Source of the DNA: an uncultured Verrucomicrobiae bacterium
GTDB lineage: Bacteria > Verrucomicrobiota > Verrucomicrobiia > Chthoniobacterales > UBA10450
DNA length: 64,000 bases
Direction: 5' to 3'
NCBI GenBank assembly: GCA_963834385.1
Contig: CAWIBO010000003.1
Coordinates: 1 to 64,000 of the forward strand
The translations under genes and the position numbers were made by a program. This document shows, one piece after another, positions 60,794-64,000 of the stretch. The notes beneath the pieces are model-generated. The model searched no databases. It was given only the letters and a program-made list of their open reading frames with translations, and was not told the DNA's origin. Position 1 is the stretch's first letter. Each line of letters starts with the position of its first letter.

Positions 60794-61596
60794 ACCTGGC
60801 CAAGTACGGCACGGTCTTCAACATCGGGATCCAAAACACGTTTGTTTACCGCTGGAACTATTTCCTGCGCGCGCTTTTCGGCCTGATCCCGCTCGCCGGC
60901 ACGGTGTTTCTCTGGCGGGCCGTCTTTGCCGAGAAAGGGGGCGGCATGCAGGGCTACGACTACGCCTCCATGATTCACTATTACCTGCTGACCATCCTCG
61001 TCTCGAACCTGGTCACGCCCACCGAGGACGAATGGCAGATCGCCGCCGATATCCGCGAAGGACAGATCAACTCCTTCCTGACCAAGCCGCTGAACTACCT
61101 GGGTTACCGCTTTTGCATCTTCCTCAGCGGCCGGCTCGTCTACACCCTCGTCACCATTTTTCCGATCGCCCTGATCTTTTTCTATTTTCGCGATTACCTC
61201 AGCTTTCCGGAGCACGGGTCCACCTGGTTCTGGGCCCTGCTTTCCCTGCTCATGTCGGCCTGCATCCAGTTTTTCATCACCTACACCCTGGCCATGCTTG
61301 CCTTCTGGATTCTCGAAATTTCGACCATCGTCTTCATCGTTTATTCCTTTGAGTACTTCCTCGGGGGCCAGATGTTCCCGGTCGATATCATGCCGCCGGT
61401 GGTGCAGGCGGTGATGAAATGGCTCCCCTTTTATTACGAGCTCTTTTGCCCGATTGCGATCTACCTCGAACGACTCCAGGGCGCGGAGATGGCCGAGGCG
61501 CTTGTGATCCAGACCGGCTGGCTGGTCCTGACCGGCCTGGCCGCCCACGGCATGTGGCGTCGCGGGCTGAACCACTACCAGGCCGTCGGCGGCTGA
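60790..61596 (+). CDS. ABC-2 family permease
   Basis: YRWN, IREGQINSFLTKP, about six TM segments, C-terminal Y..VGG. Confidence 0.85.
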   Translation: MNLAKYGTVFNIGIQNTFVYRWNYFLRALFGLIPLAGTVFLWRAVFAEKGGGMQGYDYASMIHYYLLTILVSNLVTPTEDEWQIAADIREGQINSFLTKPLNYLGYRFCIFLSGRLVYTLVTIFPIALIFFYFRDYLSFPEHGSTWFWALLSLLMSACIQFFITYTLAMLAFWILEISTIVFIVYSFEYFLGGQMFPVDIMPPVVQAVMKWLPFYYELFCPIAIYLERLQGAEMAEALVIQTGWLVLTGLAAHGMWRRGLNHYQAVGG

Positions 61597-61605
61597 CCTT
61601 TCGTG

Positions 61606-62400
61606 ATGCGACGCTACCTCGACATCTACTCCATCATGCTGCGCAACTCCCTCATCCGGGAGATGAACTTCAAGGCCAACTTCATTCTCTGGCTCATCGT
61701 GGAAGTGCTCTGGTTCTGCGGCCAGATCTTCTTCTTCGGGATCATCTTCGGTCAGGTCGACCGGATTGGCGACTGGACGAAATGGGAGGTGGTGCTGCTG
61801 GTCGGGACGCACCAGATCATCGCCCAGCTTTTCCAGGCCTTCTTTTTCATGAACGTCTCGAACATCCCGGAACTCGTCCGGACCGGGAAGCTTGACACCC
61901 TCCTTGCGCTCCCGATCGACAGCCAGTTTGCCGTCTCCACCAAACAGTTCGGCCTCGACAGCATCATCAACGCTCTTCTCGGCGCGCTCGTGGTGATCGT
62001 GTCGCTGGTGCAGCTTCGCCTCACGCCGGGGCCCGGCGCCGTTCTTCTCTATTTCATCGCGCTCGGTTTCGGCGTGGCCGTGCATTACTCGATCATGCTC
62101 AGCCTCGCCGCGGTCAGCTTCTGGATCGTGCGGGCGCAGGGGCTCGTCTACGGCTACTTCAACTTCCTCCAGATCGCGCGCTATCCCGACGCGATTTTCC
62201 CCCGGCTTTTTCGCTTTGTTTTCGGCTGGATCATTCCGGTCATCATTGTTGCCAATATCCCCGCCCGGCTCCTGATAAAACCGCTGGAAAACCCGGCCGC
62301 CCTCATGTTTCACCTGGTCGTGGCCGCCTCAATTGCCTTCCTGCTTTCGCGCTTATTCTGGCGGTTCGCCCTCCGCCGTTACTCCAGTGCGAGTTCATAG
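61606..62400 (+). CDS. ABC-2 family permease
   Basis: VRTGKLDTLL..P, RYP..F and C-terminal RRYSSASS. Confidence 0.85.
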   Translation: MRRYLDIYSIMLRNSLIREMNFKANFILWLIVEVLWFCGQIFFFGIIFGQVDRIGDWTKWEVVLLVGTHQIIAQLFQAFFFMNVSNIPELVRTGKLDTLLALPIDSQFAVSTKQFGLDSIINALLGALVVIVSLVQLRLTPGPGAVLLYFIALGFGVAVHYSIMLSLAAVSFWIVRAQGLVYGYFNFLQIARYPDAIFPRLFRFVFGWIIPVIIVANIPARLLIKPLENPAALMFHLVVAASIAFLLSRLFWRFALRRYSSASS

Positions 62401-62532
62401 GCCGGTTTAATACCCTGTCGGGGAGGTGGTTAAACCCCGGGCAGGGAAGGGGAAATCTACCCTTGCGCGACAGGGGAATTGACCTTAATTATCGCTCCCT
62501 TTTTCGCGCCGCTCAGGGCGCTTGTTTCATTT

Positions 62533-63267
62533 ATGGCCCCGAAGAAATCCAAATCCCCCAAAAAAGCGGCTGCCGCCAAAGCGTCGCCGAAGAAAAAACC
62601 TGTTTCGGCGAAGAAACCGGCCGCGAAAAAGGCCGCCCCGAAGAAGGCTGCGCCGAAAAAAGCGGTGACAAAGAAGCCGGTCGCAAAGAAGAGCGCGCCC
62701 GCCAGGGCTTCGAAGCCGGCGAAGATCACCACGCGCCGGGAACTTCAGCAGGACCCGATGGCTTTCCTGGGGAACAATCACAAGGAACGCCGGCTCGATC
62801 CCTTTACCAAGGGCCAGAAGCAGAAGCTCCTGCACCTGCGTGACGCCATGGTCGATTCCATGGCCGGGGTTGCGCAGGACACCCTCCGCTCGCGCGCAGA
62901 GGGAAGTGAAGCTTCCGCCTTCGGCATGCACCAGGCCGACGCCGGCAGCGACGCTTACGATCGTGATTTTGCCCTCAGCCTTCTTTCCCAGGAACAGGAT
63001 GCTCTTTACGAGATCGACCAGGCGCTCAAGCGCATCGAGCTCGGCACCTATGGCGTTTGCGAAATGTCGGGCAAGAACATCCCGCATGCCCGCCTGGAGG
63101 CGATCCCGTTCGCCCGCTTCACCGTTGAGTGCCAGGCCCAGCTCGAGAAACAGAACAAGGCCTCGCGCGTTCGCCAGTCCGTCACCTCGCTTTTCGGCCT
63201 GACCGACGACGAGGGCGGCGAGGGCGAGGAAGAAGAATCAGCCACGCCGGAACCGGCCAAGGACTAA
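62533..63267 (+). CDS. dksA: DksA/TraR family protein with Lys/Ala/Pro-rich N-terminal tail
   Basis: [39 protein letters not shown] repeats. Confidence 0.85.
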   Translation: MAPKKSKSPKKAAAAKASPKKKPVSAKKPAAKKAAPKKAAPKKAVTKKPVAKKSAPARASKPAKITTRRELQQDPMAFLGNNHKERRLDPFTKGQKQKLLHLRDAMVDSMAGVAQDTLRSRAEGSEASAFGMHQADAGSDAYDRDFALSLLSQEQDALYEIDQALKRIELGTYGVCEMSGKNIPHARLEAIPFARFTVECQAQLEKQNKASRVRQSVTSLFGLTDDEGGEGEEEESATPEPAKD

Positions 63268-63272
63268 TCATC

Positions 63273-63446
63273 ATGCCACAGGAAATCATCACGCTGGAGT
63301 GCACCGAGGCCAAGGCGCTCGGGAAACCGGTTTCGCGCTACATGAGCACGCGAAACAAGAAGAGCCCGCGCACGCCCAACCGGCTCGAGAAAAAGAAATA
63401 CAATCCCTTCCTCAAGAAGCACACCCTGCACCGGGAGACCCGCTAA
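63273..63446 (+). CDS. rpmG: 50S ribosomal protein L33
   Basis: [31 protein letters not shown]. Confidence 0.95.
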   Translation: MPQEIITLECTEAKALGKPVSRYMSTRNKKSPRTPNRLEKKKYNPFLKKHTLHRETR

Positions 63447-63449
63447 ATC

Positions 63450-63689
63450 ATGCAACCGAAAACCGCCAAACGCCGGTCCGCCTTTCGCCGGGCCAACCGC
63501 ACCATGCCCCGCCGCCGCATCGATATCGCGGCCGAGGCCATCGATTACAAGAACCCCGACCTGCTGAAAAAGTTCGTCACCGAGAGCGGCAAGATCCTCC
63601 CGCGTCGCGTCACCGGCATGCCGGCGCACATGCACCGGAAGATCACTCGCGAGATCAAGCGCAGCCGCTCGGTTCTCCTGATGAAGTAG
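63450..63689 (+). CDS. rpsR: 30S ribosomal protein S18
   Basis: [26 protein letters not shown]. Confidence 0.96.
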   Translation: MQPKTAKRRSAFRRANRTMPRRRIDIAAEAIDYKNPDLLKKFVTESGKILPRRVTGMPAHMHRKITREIKRSRSVLLMK

Positions 63690-63717
63690 CGGCAGACGCT
63701 GCCTGTTTCGTCCCGTT

Positions 63718-63750
63718 AAAACGCCGGCTCCGCCCGGCGTTTTTGCTTTT
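63718..63750 (+). terminator. Rho-independent terminator
   Basis: aaaacgccgg..ccggcgtttttgctttt. Confidence 0.8.
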
Positions 63751-63783
63751 GCCCGGTCCCGGGCAGGTGTTAGACCCGGCAAT

Positions 63784-64000
63784 ATGAGATTCTGCAGGTG
63801 CGGCGCCCTGCTGCTTTTCTTCTGGCTCGGAGTTCCCGTGGGCGGTTCCGAGGAGGTCACGCCTTTGGAGCGGCGCCACTCGAAGCATTATGGGAAAGCG
63901 ATGGCGGACGACGCTGCCGCTCTGAGGTGGCTCTTTCGTTTCACGACTTCGTCCGACATGGTCGGCGCCATGGGCGAGATCCATTCCGCCTGTCTGCTCA
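63784..64000 (+). CDS. Possible start of a secreted protein, truncated by the window edge
   Basis: ATG at 63784 with an open frame to the edge, MRFCRCGALLLFFWLG... Confidence 0.35.
   Translation, partial: MRFCRCGALLLFFWLGVPVGGSEEVTPLERRHSKHYGKAMADDAAALRWLFRFTTSSDMVGAMGEIHSACLL

Noticed and set aside
1..64000. Prophage, integrase, IS transposase, tRNA, rRNA or defence island
   Set aside because: No such genes or motifs were recognised in the window.

Overview
GC-rich bacterial chromosomal segment, probably from a Verrucomicrobiota (Chthoniobacterales/Spartobacteria-like) genome. That assignment is inferred from a Minf_1886-type gene, secreted proteins with paired 'NISTR' domains, and the DksA-rpmG-rpsR arrangement. 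About nine genes carry short frameshifts, including pheT, carA and mfd, which points to long-read consensus errors rather than pseudogenes. The right half is mostly housekeeping: rplT-pheS-pheT-6S RNA-carA, mlaEFD, topoisomerase IB, an M16 protease, aroF, mfd-surA-pdxA and dksA-rpmG-rpsR. The left half is accessory metabolism, signalling and secreted proteins. The most striking element is an operon at 1-4693 on the minus strand. It encodes a divergent KamA-family radical-SAM/PLP aminomutase, PcaI/PcaJ-type 3-oxoadipate CoA-transferase subunits and a GSA-like class III aminotransferase, with a divergently transcribed thiolase next to it. By manual alignment the aminomutase has Arg where lysine 2,3-aminomutase has its substrate-binding Asp. 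Together these genes suggest an undescribed catabolic route: 2-aminoadipate -> 3-aminoadipate -> 3-oxoadipate -> 3-oxoadipyl-CoA -> succinyl-CoA + acetyl-CoA. All family calls come from motif recognition by eye; no database searches were run.
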